From assembly GCF_044704955.1 (NCBI RefSeq), contig NC_091994.1:1736001-1800000 (forward strand): a DNA stretch of 64,000 nt, written 5' to 3'. The notes beneath the pieces are model-generated. The model did not search any database. It saw only the letters and a program-made list of their open reading frames with translations, and was not told where the DNA came from. The DNA comes from Pristiophorus japonicus. Lineage: Eukaryota. Shown here piece after piece: positions 39,600 through 52,004 of the stretch. The position numbers and the translations under genes were made by a program. Each line of letters starts with the position of its first letter. The stretch's first letter is position 1.

Positions 39600-40085
39600 A
39601 CATAGGAACAGGAGTAGGACATTCAGCCCCTCGAGCCTGTTCCGCCATTCAATGAGATCATCGCTAATCTGCGACCTAACTCCATATATCCGTCTTTGGC
39701 CCATATCCCTTAATACCTTTGGTTAACAAACCGCTATCAATCTCATTTAAAATTAACAATTGATCTAGCATCAGTTGCCATTTGCCAGAGAGTTCCAAAC
39801 TTCTGTCACCCTGTGTGTGTAGAAGGGTTTACTAACCACTCCACAAAAGCCTGGCTCTCATTTTTAGACCCTGCCTCCAGTCCTAGAATAGCGGGAATAG
39901 TTTCTTCCCATCAATATCCTGAAAAATTTGACAAAATCATCCCTTAACCTTCCAAATATTGTATTCCCTTAACCAGGGAATACAATATTAGCTTGTGTAA
40001 TCTCTATTAATTTAACCCTTGAAATCCGGGTATCATTCTGGTAAACCCACGCTGCACTCCCTCCAAGGCCAATATATCCTTCCCA
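39600..40085 (-). mobile_element. CR1 3' fragment (subfamily of 31115-31900); related piece at 37140-37450
   Basis: Reverse complement of the tail and gatgctagatcaattgttaattttaa. Confidence 0.75.
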
Positions 40086-40087
40086 CG

Positions 40088-40270
40088 GTGTTTGATGGGA
40101 CAGTGTAGAGGGAGCTTTACTCTGTATCTAACCCCCTGTACCTGCCCTGGGAGTGTTTGATGGGACAGTGTAGAGGGAGCTTTACTCTGTATCTAACCCC
40201 CTGTACCTGCCCTGGGAGTGTTTGATGGGACAGTGTAGAGGGAGCTTTACTCTGTACCTTACCTGAGAGT
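40088..40270. repeat. 65-bp minisatellite, ~3 copies (same unit as 37631-37830)
   Basis: Units start at about 40090, 40155 and 40220. Confidence 0.9.
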
Positions 40271-40387
40271 GCGCTTGACATTGGGTGCTGAAACATCTTC
40301 ACCGACATCCTCTCAACTTCAGGAGCGAGAAAAGAGCAAAAACTCCATGAAGAACAGACAGTGGCGTCACAATATTGTTTGTCCGGT

Positions 40388-40393
40388 TTTATT
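40388..40393 (-). terminator. Candidate polyadenylation signal AATAAA for GATAD2A
   Basis: Plus-strand tttatt; the minus-strand downstream sequence is U/GU-rich (tgtctgttctt...gtttttgctcttttt). It marks the end of the repeat-free block. Confidence 0.55.
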
Positions 40394-43300
40394 TGTCATT
40401 CAAATGCTAAAAATCCCTCACAATACAATATACATCATCCATTTCAAGCATGGATTTAAATTCTCCAGCAGGGCTTCAGCGGGAATGGGCGGCTTGCAGC
40501 AATTTCTTTGAAACTTCTTTCTATCAAAGGCTATAGTCACAGTAAATAGAAAGCCCAGAAGGTAACCGGCCCGCCTGCAACGAATCTTGTGATTTCCGTC
40601 ACCTGGAATATAAACTTGCCGGCGACGAAATGTGGAGATAAAAATTATTTTGCATGGCGCGAGTTTCCTGTCGTTTTTGCAGTATTTCCGTGCACACGGC
40701 ATCGCTCCCACGTGAAAACTGTTTTTGCTTACATACAATATGTGCTTGAGGTTTTTGGGGTGTGCATTCATTCTAGAAAAATACCTGTCAGTTGCTCTTG
40801 CATGCCTCCCCCTCCGACAGCCAATAGTTGGGGGAAGGGGAGAGGGGAAGAGAACGGGAGCGGGATCCGAAGAGGAAGATGGGAGTCACAGGCCAAAAAA
40901 AAAGGGTTTCTGATTATTCTGCAAACCCTACACTCCAGCAGTGAAGCCAGCCACATTATTTGGTATCAAATTGTCACTGATCATCTGACTGAGGTAAGCG
41001 ATCTCTTGTGGACTACTTTCCGTCAAAGTATAAAATTGAACTCTGCAAACATCGTCACTTGTCCCTCCCCACCCCCCAAACCAAAAAGAAAACGGAGATG
41101 TCCTCACACGACCAGATGATAAAGGTCTAGTTATGGGCCAAACATACCGTGCTGTGTGGGCCCACGTCCAACTAGGAACTGCATCGACCACCCCCATCCC
41201 CGGCAAACTATTGCAAGAGTCAGCAGACCAGAGATGACTTCCATCTCAAGTGACCCCAGGTTTGAACTCAGAGCTAAAAGGTCAGTGTCAAATCCCTTGC
41301 CCACCCACCCGCTTCATTTACAGACTTTCTTTTTGGGAGGAGGGGGAGGAGGAAGGAGAGGGGTGGGGGTCTCACGGTGGGATGGCGGAACAACAAGGTG
41401 AAGTTATCAACCTATCGCAGTGTGAAGAGTGTTACTGACTCCTGTTCAACGTTCCCTCTAATTTTTCTTTTTGGCCAGCGGCCCCTTTAACCTCTGACCG
41501 TTGTGCGGCGCAAAGAGAACATTGTTCCTCGAGTTCCCAATTCTCATATCCGCGGGACTACCAATCAGGAGAGAGAGAGGGAGGTACACAGGGCACAGCG
41601 TTTTGTCATTTGCACTGCGATATATTAACTTCGAACACCTTGGACATGGCACACCAAAATAACCCAACGAAGTACTTGTATCAGTTGATGCAACCAACCA
41701 ACTTCAATGTGTAAACGGCTGGGGGTGGGGAAGGAGCGATGACGCAGGAACCGAACCATTCTCAAGGCCGAAAGTACGTCTCCCACTGGCTTAATGAGCA
41801 GTGAGCACAGTCGGCAACAAGCTCAATTCTCCAGTGAAAGAAAACTGGGGAGCGAGATCAGAAGAGGGAGAGAGTCGGGGACAATTGTAAAAAAAAAACA
41901 TTGCTATCACACGGTCTAACGCAGTGAAAATCCTTGGGTGGATTACAGTGGGAGCCCCTCCCACCCCAAGTCTACAATCCACCCTGAACGCCATGTCACG
42001 CAAAGACCCAGAAAAGATCGCGGCAAACTCAAAACTTCTACAACATGGAAAAAAACCTTCAGTTATGTACATTGTATCGCTGAGAACCCGAGGGTCTTCG
42101 GGAGAATGGCCAATGATCCAGCCCCACCCCTTTATGTTACAAAATGGACAGCCCTTCCAGCCACCCCACCCCACCCCACCCCCAACAAAAAAAAAAGCAC
42201 AACTGACAGACGCTGTCGCAGTATATCCAAGGTAGTGTATGTATGTGTGTGGTTTTTTTTATTAAAAAAAGGAGTTGGGATTGTTTTGGAACTTGCACAA
42301 AAGCAGTTTGTAGAAGACAATCTGGAGCAGTGACCAGTATATGGCAGCCTCCTGCATTGCCCCTCTGTCCGAGCTCCCACAGCAGCCCTCCGATACCTCC
42401 ACCCGAGCGGTCACTCTACGTGCATAAAGCGGGTGAAGGAGCAGGAGGATTTCGCTGGGGGCGGGGGGGGTGTTGGATCGATCATGACCTTCAGGTGCGC
42501 AACTGAAGTCCCTAACAGGAGTCACTGGGCGGCCAACATGAGCGGGAACCTCGGCCGACTTTTGCCAAGCTCAGGGGCACAGCGGCGATGGGGTAGTGGC
42601 TCCAAGTGCCCCTCCCACTGGACCTGGCTCCATGTGTCACCCCCACCCCGGGCTCAGTACTGCAGTACATTGGTGTGCTGACTAAGTCTCCCCGCCGTTC
42701 ATCACAAGACCCTGGCAGTGCTTGGCTGGGTTTAGAAGCTGTAGTATCGATAGTGCATAAACCCGCCTCCCTGCGTGTCCGTTATACAATCACAAACACC
42801 GCCCCTTCCACCAGTGAGGGTTGAGCCAGGCTCCGATTCGATGCAACGGTTGGGGGTCTCTGAAAATTGCATCCTTATACTTTGAACTCTGTAGTGCAAG
42901 AAATGCACTGAAAAATATTAACTTAGAGGATACTTTGGTGGAATTAAACTTCTCATTCCAGCGAACCGACCGTACACAAAAAAACCAAATATTTGTAGCA
43001 ATAAAACAGTGACAATCTGCAAAATCTTCTTTCATGGTTAACCAGATATCAAAAAAGGGGAGGGGGAATACACGTCTGCCTAAACGTCAAAAAAATTATT
43101 CACACAGAAGGGGAAAGGGACAGCACCATTCCCAGGTTCTCGGAGCGCAGTGCAGACTCGTTCGGCCACTATCGCTGTAGATGTTATTATGTCTGATGTG
43201 CCCCCCCCCCCGCCAGCTTTGCCTTCACGCAGCGACTTCCCACCTTGGTCGAATAGCCCTGACCCACCTCTGCCTGCCCGCCACTGCCCACATATACCCA

Positions 43301-44449
43301 AGCGAGGTTGAACATCAATTAGGAAGGAGCCTTGTGCCATTCGGGTCAGCTCTAGGGAGCGAAATGGCCTGGGCAAAAGAAGCTTCCTTGTCTGGTGACT
43401 CTGTGCAGAAGAGCCCAAAAGAAAATATGAATCATCTTCTCCCTCCCACCCCCACTTCCAATGAGTTTGGAACGTAGACTCAGGCACCTTTTAAAAGCCA
43501 GTGTTGGGGCATTCCTGCCTGCTCTGTGGCAACAGCAATGGGAGACCAACAAAGCACTCCAAAGTGGAGAGGCGCCCAAATAGTACCGGAGCCACAATGG
43601 GAAGGGGGGAGAAGAGGGGAGGAGCGTTGAATAAAAAGACGAGACTACTCACCCTCCTGAAGTGCCTTCAGCAATGTGGAAGCTGTGTCCTGGTTTCGAG
43701 CGGATATTCAGGGCAGCCTGCACACCCCCTTGTTACTTCACAAAGGACTCCAAAGCAAAGCCCTCGTCGACATAAACCTCTCCACTCAAAGCAATAGGAA
43801 GCGAGTCGTGTCTCGGGTTAGCCATCCATTCCCACACCACTACAGGCGCTGCTTGTAAACACACTGATGTTCGCGGATATGTGGCTGTGCATTTTTGGGG
43901 AGTGGTGTGGGTATCATTGCACATTCTTCCAACAAATATCGGGCTGCCCCACCTATCCTTCTCTCCCCCCACCACCCCAAAACAAATTCTTTTCTGAAAA
44001 AAGGTGACGCCATTTATGACCACGGTTGCATTGCAAGTGGGCAGGGAGGGCGGGGTTGAATCCTCAACGAAAATTGCACGGTTTGCTGAATAGCGATTAG
44101 CCTAGCATGCTTTAGAGTTGGGAGTTACCAAAAATATATATATATAGTGGGAGAGGAGAAGTAGCTTGGTGATCCTTCAACATTGCCCGGTCCGCTTGAA
44201 ATCTCAAGTCTCTGGTTCCTGTAAACGGAACACTCCGAATTACCCGAGTGACTGGCTCGGTCGCCATCTTCTCAACTGTCCCCCGCGTGTTCATCCACCC
44301 GGATTATTGCGTTTGCAGTCATGATGAGAGAGGAAGAAACATAACACCGCCCCCCCACCCCCACCCCCCGTCAAATAAAACAATACAGCTATCGTAGAAC
44401 TCGAGATCGATCATGGTGCCCCTTGTACGGTGAAGCTGGAAAACAGAGA

Positions 44450-44660
44450 GACACACGCGTGCACACAGACGCATGTGCGCGCGCGCACACACATACACAG
44501 GCGTGTGCACACAATCAGACGCGCATACACGCACGCGCACAGGCACGCACACAATCAGACGCGCATACACACACGCGTGCACGCACGCAATCAGACGCAC
44601 ATACAAACGCGCACAGACCCGCGCGCACGCATGCACACGTAATCACGTACACACCGCACA
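44450..44660. repeat. Degenerate (CA/CG) alternating purine-pyrimidine repeat in the GATAD2A 3'UTR
   Basis: acacgcgtgcacacagacgcatgtgcgcgcgc..., with three caatcagacgc(g/a)catac sub-repeats. Confidence 0.9.
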
Positions 44661-44964
44661 GGAGCGAGCGAGTACAAAAATGATCTAATTTCCCCATACA
44701 GCTTTCATTATAATCCAACAAAACGAATACCCATTTGTAAATGGTCACATGTTGTACTTTTTCCTTATACATTGTGTAAGAACAGTGTCCAATTGGGAAA
44801 GAAATGCAGCTTCCATCCTATCGTACTACGGGAAATCGCCTGGTTGCTGGGTTTGACGTGGGCCCCACACCTTTGACTGGTTGGACAGCAGTGAAGAAAG
44901 AGGGGTGCAAAGTGATGGCCACTGTCTCTGAGCTTGGTTTCTTCCCCCTCCCCCACCACCCCAT

Positions 44965-45098
44965 TTATTTCCATGTGGTGGCCGATTGGCTGATGGATCG
45001 TGAGGGGATCATGTCCAGCAGGTATTCACGCTGACGATCCACGGCCGACGAGGTCTTGTGCACCGATAGATTCGGGCTAACGTATGCCATGGTAACTC
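44965..45098 (-). CDS. GATAD2A: GATAD2A last coding exon ([44 protein letters not shown])
   Basis: cttctctccgcgtctag| acceptor, phase 1. Conserved C-terminal [15 protein letters not shown] motif; TAA at 44967-44965. Confidence 0.93.
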
Positions 45099-46210
45099 CT
45101 AGACGCGGAGAGAAGCGGCAATAATTACTTGCTGCACCAATCTCAAGCAGCAAAAGAAAAACGCTATTCTCAAAATCACTGACGGAATATTTATGTCTGA
45201 TTCGAAGCAGGCACATTGGCTGGAGTTTTAAATTATTGTTTGCCCCCACCCCCCAACCACTGACTCGCAGGCTCAACAATTACAAATCTCTCTCCTTTCC
45301 GGCCATCATGCGATCATTTAAAACGAATGTCACAGGGTATACTTCCTGCGTCATCATTGGACCGAGCTTGTATGGTAGGAGGGTCAGGATATACCCACAA
45401 GAACATGAGAAATAGGAGGAGTCAGCCTGCTCCGCCATTCAATAAGATCACGGCTGATCTTCGACCTCAACTCCACTTTCCCGCCCGATCTCTACAACCC
45501 TCGATTCCCCCAGAGTTCAAAAATCTATCGATCTCAGCCTTGAATATACTCAAGAGACTGAGCCTCCACAGCCCTCTGGGGCAGAGAATTCCAAAGATTC
45601 ACCACCCTCTGAGTGAAGAAATTCCTCCTCATCTCAGTCCTAAATGGCCGACCCCTTATCCTGAGACTGTGACCCCTGGTTCTAGACTCCCCAGCCCGGG
45701 GGAACACCCTCCCTGCATCTACCCTGTCAAGCCCCCTCAGTATTCAAAAGGACATGGAAAAGACACAATTATATGAGGCATTTCTGTCCTTGTCACCTCG
45801 TCCATAATTGCCAGCTGTGCTTTCAGACGTCAACTCCCAAACTCTGGATGGCACCCCCCCAAACCTTCCTGTCGCTCTCCTCCTTTAAGACTCTTCTCTT
45901 TGACCAAGCTTTTAGGCCTCTGTCAAATTTTGTTTGATAATGCGCCTGTTGAGCGCCTTGGGACGTTTTACTATGTTAAAGGCACTATATAAATACAAGT
46001 TGTTATTGTACTCCAACACCCTAAAAATCTTGCAGAATAAGCAGGAGCTGATATTCGCTGTGTATTGCGTTTCACAAGAAGTAGGGGGGGGGGGGGCGCG
46101 AGGCGAGCGGGAGGGTGGGGGCGAGCGGGGAAGGGAGCGAGCGGGTGGGAGAGCGGGAGGGTGAACGGGAGACACACACAGACCGAGTGGAGGAGCACTG
46201 TGTTGATTAC

Positions 46211-46388
46211 CTGTATTGGCGATCTGCTTCTTCCAGGTGGTGGTGTTGCCTTTGATGCCGGCTCTCTCGGCGTGCTTACCTTGCCGAAGAGGCATGTTCT
46301 GCAGCTGAGACGACTGGCTAAACGTGTGCAGTACTCCTCGGGCAGTGGCTGTAATCGACTGAGGACCTCGAGACATCTGGCTGGAGCT
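46211..46388 (-). CDS. GATAD2A: GATAD2A penultimate coding exon (SSSQMSRG...RGVLHTFSQS...TWKKQIANT-G)
   Basis: ttacctag| acceptor and CAG|gtaatc donor, phase 0/1, 178 nt. RGVLHTFS and WKK motifs match GATAD2A. Confidence 0.88.
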
Positions 46389-46729
46389 CTAGGTAAATTA
46401 AAATCACCAGAGTTTGTTGCAAGTAATTTAAAAAAATGCACCGTTCAATTGTTGCCCCTTCAGGTTCGGTACTTCAATGATAACGGGGCAGTTTCACATC
46501 CTGAACGCAGAGTGTCAACATAAAAGGTGAAATACAAGAAAGGTTGGATGCAAAACAAGGCTGGCCCTTCCTCTGCCTCAGTCCAAAACTTAGAAGAGCA
46601 ACAATCCTCTCTCCAATTGCACCAATATCACAATTATTCACGACCACCATCGCCCCCCTGTGGCTTGTCTGAATGGAATGACAATGAGTGCTGTCTCAGA
46701 GGCGGTTTTGGGCTGTAGGCCCCTCACAG

Positions 46730-47460
46730 TAAGCTGACAGGGGGAGGCGATCAGGACTGGGCCCAACCCATGTGCAAGCTGTGATCCTGACCAACGGACC
46801 CAATCCACGTCCGGACTGGGGTCAAGCAAGGCTGCATCATCGCGCCAACCCTCTTCTCGATCTTCCTCAACACTCCATTTCACGCTGGAGAAATACCACC
46901 AATGCTGTCTCCGCAAGATCCTGCAAATCCCCTGGGAGGGCAGACACACCAATGTTAGCGTCGTCGACCAGGCCAACATCCCCAGCATTGAAGCACTGAC
47001 CACACTCGACCCAGCTCCGTTGGGCAGGCCACATTGTTCACATGCCTGACACAAGACTCCCAAAAGCAAGCACTCTGCTCGGAACTCCTTCAAGCGAGCC
47101 CCAGGTGGGCAGTGGAAACGTTACAAGGACACCCTCAAAGCCTCCCTGATAAAGTGCAACATCCCCACCGACACCTGGGAGTCCCTGGCCAAAGACCGCC
47201 CTAAGTGGAGGAAGTGCATCCGGGAGGGCGCTGAGCACTTCGAGTCTCGTCTCCAAGAGCATGCAGAAAGCAAGCGCAGGCAGCGGAAGGAGCGTGCGGC
47301 AAACCAGTCCCACCCACCCCTTCCCTCAACCACTGTCTGTCCCACCTGTGACAGAGACTGTCATTCCTGTATTGGACTGTTCAATCACCTGAGAACTCAC
47401 TTTGAGTGGAAGCAAGTCTTCCTCGATTCAGAGGGACTGCCTAAGAAGCAGCAGCAGCAT
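46730..47460 (+). mobile_element. RTE-clade LINE 3' fragment; second copy at ~56915-57280
   Basis: GVKQG remnant, QLRWAGHIV..PDTRLPK, R(Y)KDTLKASL, C-terminal CPTC..C......HLRTH zinc finger and a short trinucleotide tail. Confidence 0.8.
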
Positions 47461-48165
47461 GGTCTGACCAACCAATAATTATGTTGCTCAACCTCTGTCC
47501 GGATTCTGGCCACAGCAATTTCAATCAGCATCAGGTTCCAGGAAACACATCTGTTACGGTGTTTAGCTAGATTGTGATTTTGAGATGGGGAACACGCAGG
47601 CAAGGGTTTATTCAGATCAGTTTTGAAAAGACAGAGTTTCTTGTGTAGGAAGAGAGTCCCATTAATTGCAAAATCAGTTATAAAACATTGACCACTTTTT
47701 TTCCCTTTAAGTTTAGTGACAATTACTTAAATCTTTTCAGGTGGAGTTTCCGAGTGCCTGTTGATGTGACTTCCTTCGCAGATCTCCCAAGGTGCTACTC
47801 ACTAGCAGCGGAGCAGAGGGGGTCCCAGGGCTGAGCGGGACGCGAGACAGGGGTGCGACATTGAAGGGGCTGGGGCACTCGGAGCAAACAGGAAGTCAAT
47901 GATAGGTCAATGATGGCCGCCTGCTGCGATGTGGCTCTTGCGTTTGATTGGTCAGTCTAGGCAGGTGACTGCGACGGACTACTGATTTCCCTTAAAAGCA
48001 ATATACAAGATGGGCCACATCTTCAATCTAGTACATAGAATCAAAGATATTTACGGTACGGAAGGAGGCCATTTCGGCCCATCGTGTCAGTGCCGGCCGA
48101 CAAAGAGCGATCCAGTCAAATCCCACTTCCGAACACTATAGGTTACGGCACTTCAAATGCACATC

Positions 48166-49996
48166 CAAGCTTGCTGGGAACATAAAAACTGACTGCAAAA
48201 GCTTCTATAGATATGTGAAGAGAAAAAGATTAGTGAAGACAAACGTAGGTCCCTTGCAGTCAGAATCAGGTGAATTTAAAATGGGGAACAAAGAAATGGC
48301 AGACCAATTGAACAAATACTTTGGATCTATCTTCACTAAAGAAGACACAAATAACCTTCCGGAAATACTAGGGGTTCGAGGGTCTAGTGAAAAGAAGGAA
48401 CTGAAGGAAATCCTTATTAGTCAGGAAATTGTGTTAGGGAAATTGATGGGATCGAAGGCCGATAAATCCCCAGGGCCTGATGAGTAACTTTGGGATGCAG
48501 CCTAAGAAAGTGGCCCTAGAAATAGTGGATGCATTGGTGATCATTTTCCAACATTCTATAGACTCTGGATCAGTTCCTATGGACTGGAGGGTAGCTAATG
48601 TAACCCCACTTTTTAAAAAAAGGAGGGAGAGAAAACGGGGAATTATAGACCGGTTAGCCTGACATCGGTGGTGGGGGAAATGTTGGAATCAATTATTAAA
48701 GATGAAATAGCAGCGCATTTGGAAGGCATTGACAGGATCGGTCCAAGTCAGCATGGATTATGAAAGGGAAATCATGCTTGACAAATCTTCTAGAATTTTT
48801 TTGAGGATGTAACTAGTAGAGTGGACAAGGGAGAACCAGTGGATGTGGTGTATTTGGACTTTCAAAAGGCTTTTGACAAGGTCCCACACAAGAGATTAGT
48901 GTGCAAAATTAAAGCACATGGTATTGGGGGTAATGTATTGACGTGGATAGAGAACTGGTTGGCAGACAGGAAGCAGAGAGTTGGGATAAACGGGTCCTTT
49001 TCAGAATGGCAGGCAGTGACTAGTGGGGTACCGCAGGGTTCAGTGCTGGGACCCCAGCTATTTACAAGAGACATTCAATTCCTTCATCGAAATCATTGAT
49101 GTAATATCTCCAAGTTTGCAGATGACATTAAGTTGGGTGGCAGTGTGAGCTGTGAGGAGGATGCTAAGAGGCTGCAGGGTGACTTGGACAGGTTAGGTGA
49201 GTGGGAAAATGCATGGCAGATGCAGTATAATGTGGATAAATGTGAGGTTATCCACTTTAATGGCAAAAACAGAAAGACAGATTATCTGAATGGTGACAGA
49301 TAAGGAAAAGGGGAGGGGCAACAAGACCTGGGTGTCATGGTACATCAGTCATTGAAGTTTGGCATGCAGGTACAGCAGGCGGTGAAGGCAGCAAATGGCA
49401 TGTTGGCCTTCATAGCTAGGGGATTTGAGTATAGGAGCAGGGAGGTCTTACTGCAGTTGTACAGGGCATTGGTGAGGCCTCACCTGGAACAGTGTGTTCA
49501 GTTTTGTCTCCTAATCTGAGGAAGGACGCTCTTGCTATTGAGGGAGTGTAGCAAAGGTTCACCAGACTGATTCCTGGGATGGCAGGACTGACATATGAGG
49601 AGAGACTGGAACAACTGGGCCTGTATCCACTGGAGTTTAGAAGAATGATTGGACAGGTTAGAGGCAGGAAGAATGTTCCCGTTGCTGGGGAGTTCCAGAA
49701 CCAGGGGTCACAGTCTAAGAATAAGGGGTAAGCCATTTAGGACCTAGATGAGGAGAAACTTCTTCACTCAGAGTTGTTAACCCGTGGAATTCCCTGCCGC
49801 AGAGAGTTGTTGAGGCCAGTTCATTGGATATATTCAAAAGGGAGTTAGATATGGCCCTTACGGCCAAAGGGATCAAGGGGTATGGAGAGAAAGCAGGAAA
49901 GAGGTACTGAGGTTGAATGATCAGCCATGATCTTATTGAATAATGTTGCAGGCTCGAAGGGCCGAATGGCCTACTCCTGCACCTATTTTCTATGTA
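48166..49996 (+). mobile_element. CR1 RT fragment inserted into a minus-strand CR1 (host 48035-48168 and 49997-50350)
   Basis: The host sequence gcacatccaag|tactttt is split, with AAG present on both sides. Confidence 0.85.
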
Positions 49997-51848
49997 AGTA
50001 CTTTTAAAAAATGTGATGAGGGTTTCTGCCTCTAGCACCATTTCAGGCCGTGAGTTCCAGACCCCCACCACCCTCTGGGTGAAAACATTTCCCCTCAAAT
50101 CCCCTCTAAACCTCCCCCCCAATTATTTTAAATCTATATCCCCTGGTTATTGACCTCTCTGCTAAGGGAAATAGGTCCTTCCTATCCACTATCTCGGCCG
50201 CTCATAATTTTATACACCTCACTAAGGTCCCCTCAGTTCCAAAGAAAACCTCAGCCTTGCCTCAGTTATCTTTCCTCATAGCTAAAATTCTTCAGTCCCT
50301 GCAACATCCTCGTAAATCTCCTCGGTACCCTCTCTAGTGTGATCACATCTTTATTGCAATCAATTAAAACCGATGTTCAACTGCTAACCAGTTTCATTGT
50401 GCGTCGTGACCTCAAAGCAATCATGGAAGGAAATGCCTCTTGTTTCAATTGTGATGGAGACAATTTCTACATTACACCGTTTAATGGTATTTGTAACTAG
50501 GCCAAGCCAATGGGCTTGTACATTTTAAATACAAGCTCTGGCTGCCGGTTCTGCTTCCCACCCTGGCTACCACTGTTTTAGAAGAATGAGAGGTGATCTC
50601 ATTGAAACATACAACATTCTTACAGGGCTTGACAGGGTAGATGCAGGGAGGGTGTTTCCCCCGGGCTGGGGAGTCTAGAACCAGGGGTCACAGTCTCAGG
50701 ATAAGGACTGAGATGAGGAGAAATTTCTTCACTCAGAGGGTGGTGAATCTTTGGAATTCTCTGCCCCAGAGGGCTGTGGAGGCTCAGTCGTTGAGTATAT
50801 TCGAGACGGAGATCGACAGATTTGTGGATATTAAGGGAATCAAGGGATGTGGGGATAGTGCAGGAAAGTGGAGTTGAGGTCGAAGATCAGCCGTGATCTC
50901 ATTGAATGGCAGAGCAGGCTCGAGGGGCCGAATGGCCTGCTCCGAATTCTGAGTTAGCTACAGCAAATACACAATTCCCTCTGGAGCCATTATATATTAA
51001 TGGCACAAAGATACTCTCCAGCCCAAGTGACAGGGTACGTGATGGCTTGCTCTTGATGATGTTTGACAGAGGGTGGGAAGCACCAGGAATGGTATAAGCC
51101 AGACACAAGAAGTGAGGGCAATTGTCTTTCCAGGCAACAGGAATAATTAATACTGACTGCACGTTTGCAGAGAAAATGCTACGCTTTTGTTTGCAGAAGC
51201 CAGCTGCCTATTGTAAAAGATCTGCTTTTGATCGGAGATGGAAGAAGTTGCCTATATCAGACATATTTAGTGCAGCCTGCTGCCATATTTTCAGATCACT
51301 GCTTTCAACCATTTTGCTCCACAGCACAGCTGTGAGAATGAACTCCAGCCACCCAAATCTGAATGAAGGAACTCAGAGAAGGCTCTCCATGAATTTTGAC
51401 GCACTTAGTTATTTCCAGCTCAGAAATCTGGTCAACGTACCGATGAAAGGCAAGTATTATACTGCTCCTAATTTGGATTTTGCTTCTGTATAAATTTACA
51501 ACTTGTAATAAACTTGGGGTTTCCACTGCAGCCTGAAATATATGGCATTTTTCCACCTCGCAGAGCAATCAAGGGAGTTTGGTGGTCATCGAGCAGATCT
51601 TTCCAATGTGCATCTTGGGAGAGTGTGTGGGGATGCTCGTTAATCTTGAGCAGGCCAACCCATTCACCTCACCCAGTGATGTACGTCTGTTTCAGACCAC
51701 AGAGGGTGCGGACCTGCCCATGGAAAATGCTGCGAGCACGAACAGATTGCCGGGAGAAGCCAGAGCTGGAACGGTCGCAACTGATCGCGGAGACAGCTCG
51801 TCGACTCAGAGCACGCGGCTCTAAAGGCTAATTTAATGAGCTACTTGC

Positions 51849-51944
51849 CTTCCACACTTGTTTCACCGCGTGGTGTTGCACCGTAGAGTCCTGCTTGCTC
51901 TGTACGGTGGAAGCTGTCTGTTGCAGTATCCGTTGTTCGATCTC
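51849..51944 (-). CDS. GATAD2A: GATAD2A exon (EIEQRILQQTASTVQSKQDSTVQHHAVKQ[VWK]); exon end at 51858 (GT donor) or 51849 (GC donor)
   Basis: ttttgcag|GAG ATC GAA CAA CGG continues QQEQ-EIEQR of p66. Two in-frame donor options: CAA|gtgtgg or AAG|gcaagt. Not present in the ORF track. Confidence 0.85.
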
Positions 51945-52004
51945 CTGCAAAATGAAACAAAACGGTGTCCTTTCTACAAAAACAAGATACCGTGGGTTGC
52001 TGGA

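Larger units (their letters stand above)
40370..44964 (-). other. GATAD2A: Putative long GATAD2A 3'UTR (~4.6 kb)
   Basis: Unique, retroelement-free sequence runs from the stop codon to AATAAA (minus strand, 40393-40388), followed by GT/T-rich downstream sequence. The extent is inferred. Confidence 0.6.

Noticed and set aside
40418-44974. Numerous short ORFs in the repeat-free block
   Set aside because: No recognisable domains; the region is better explained as 3'UTR.
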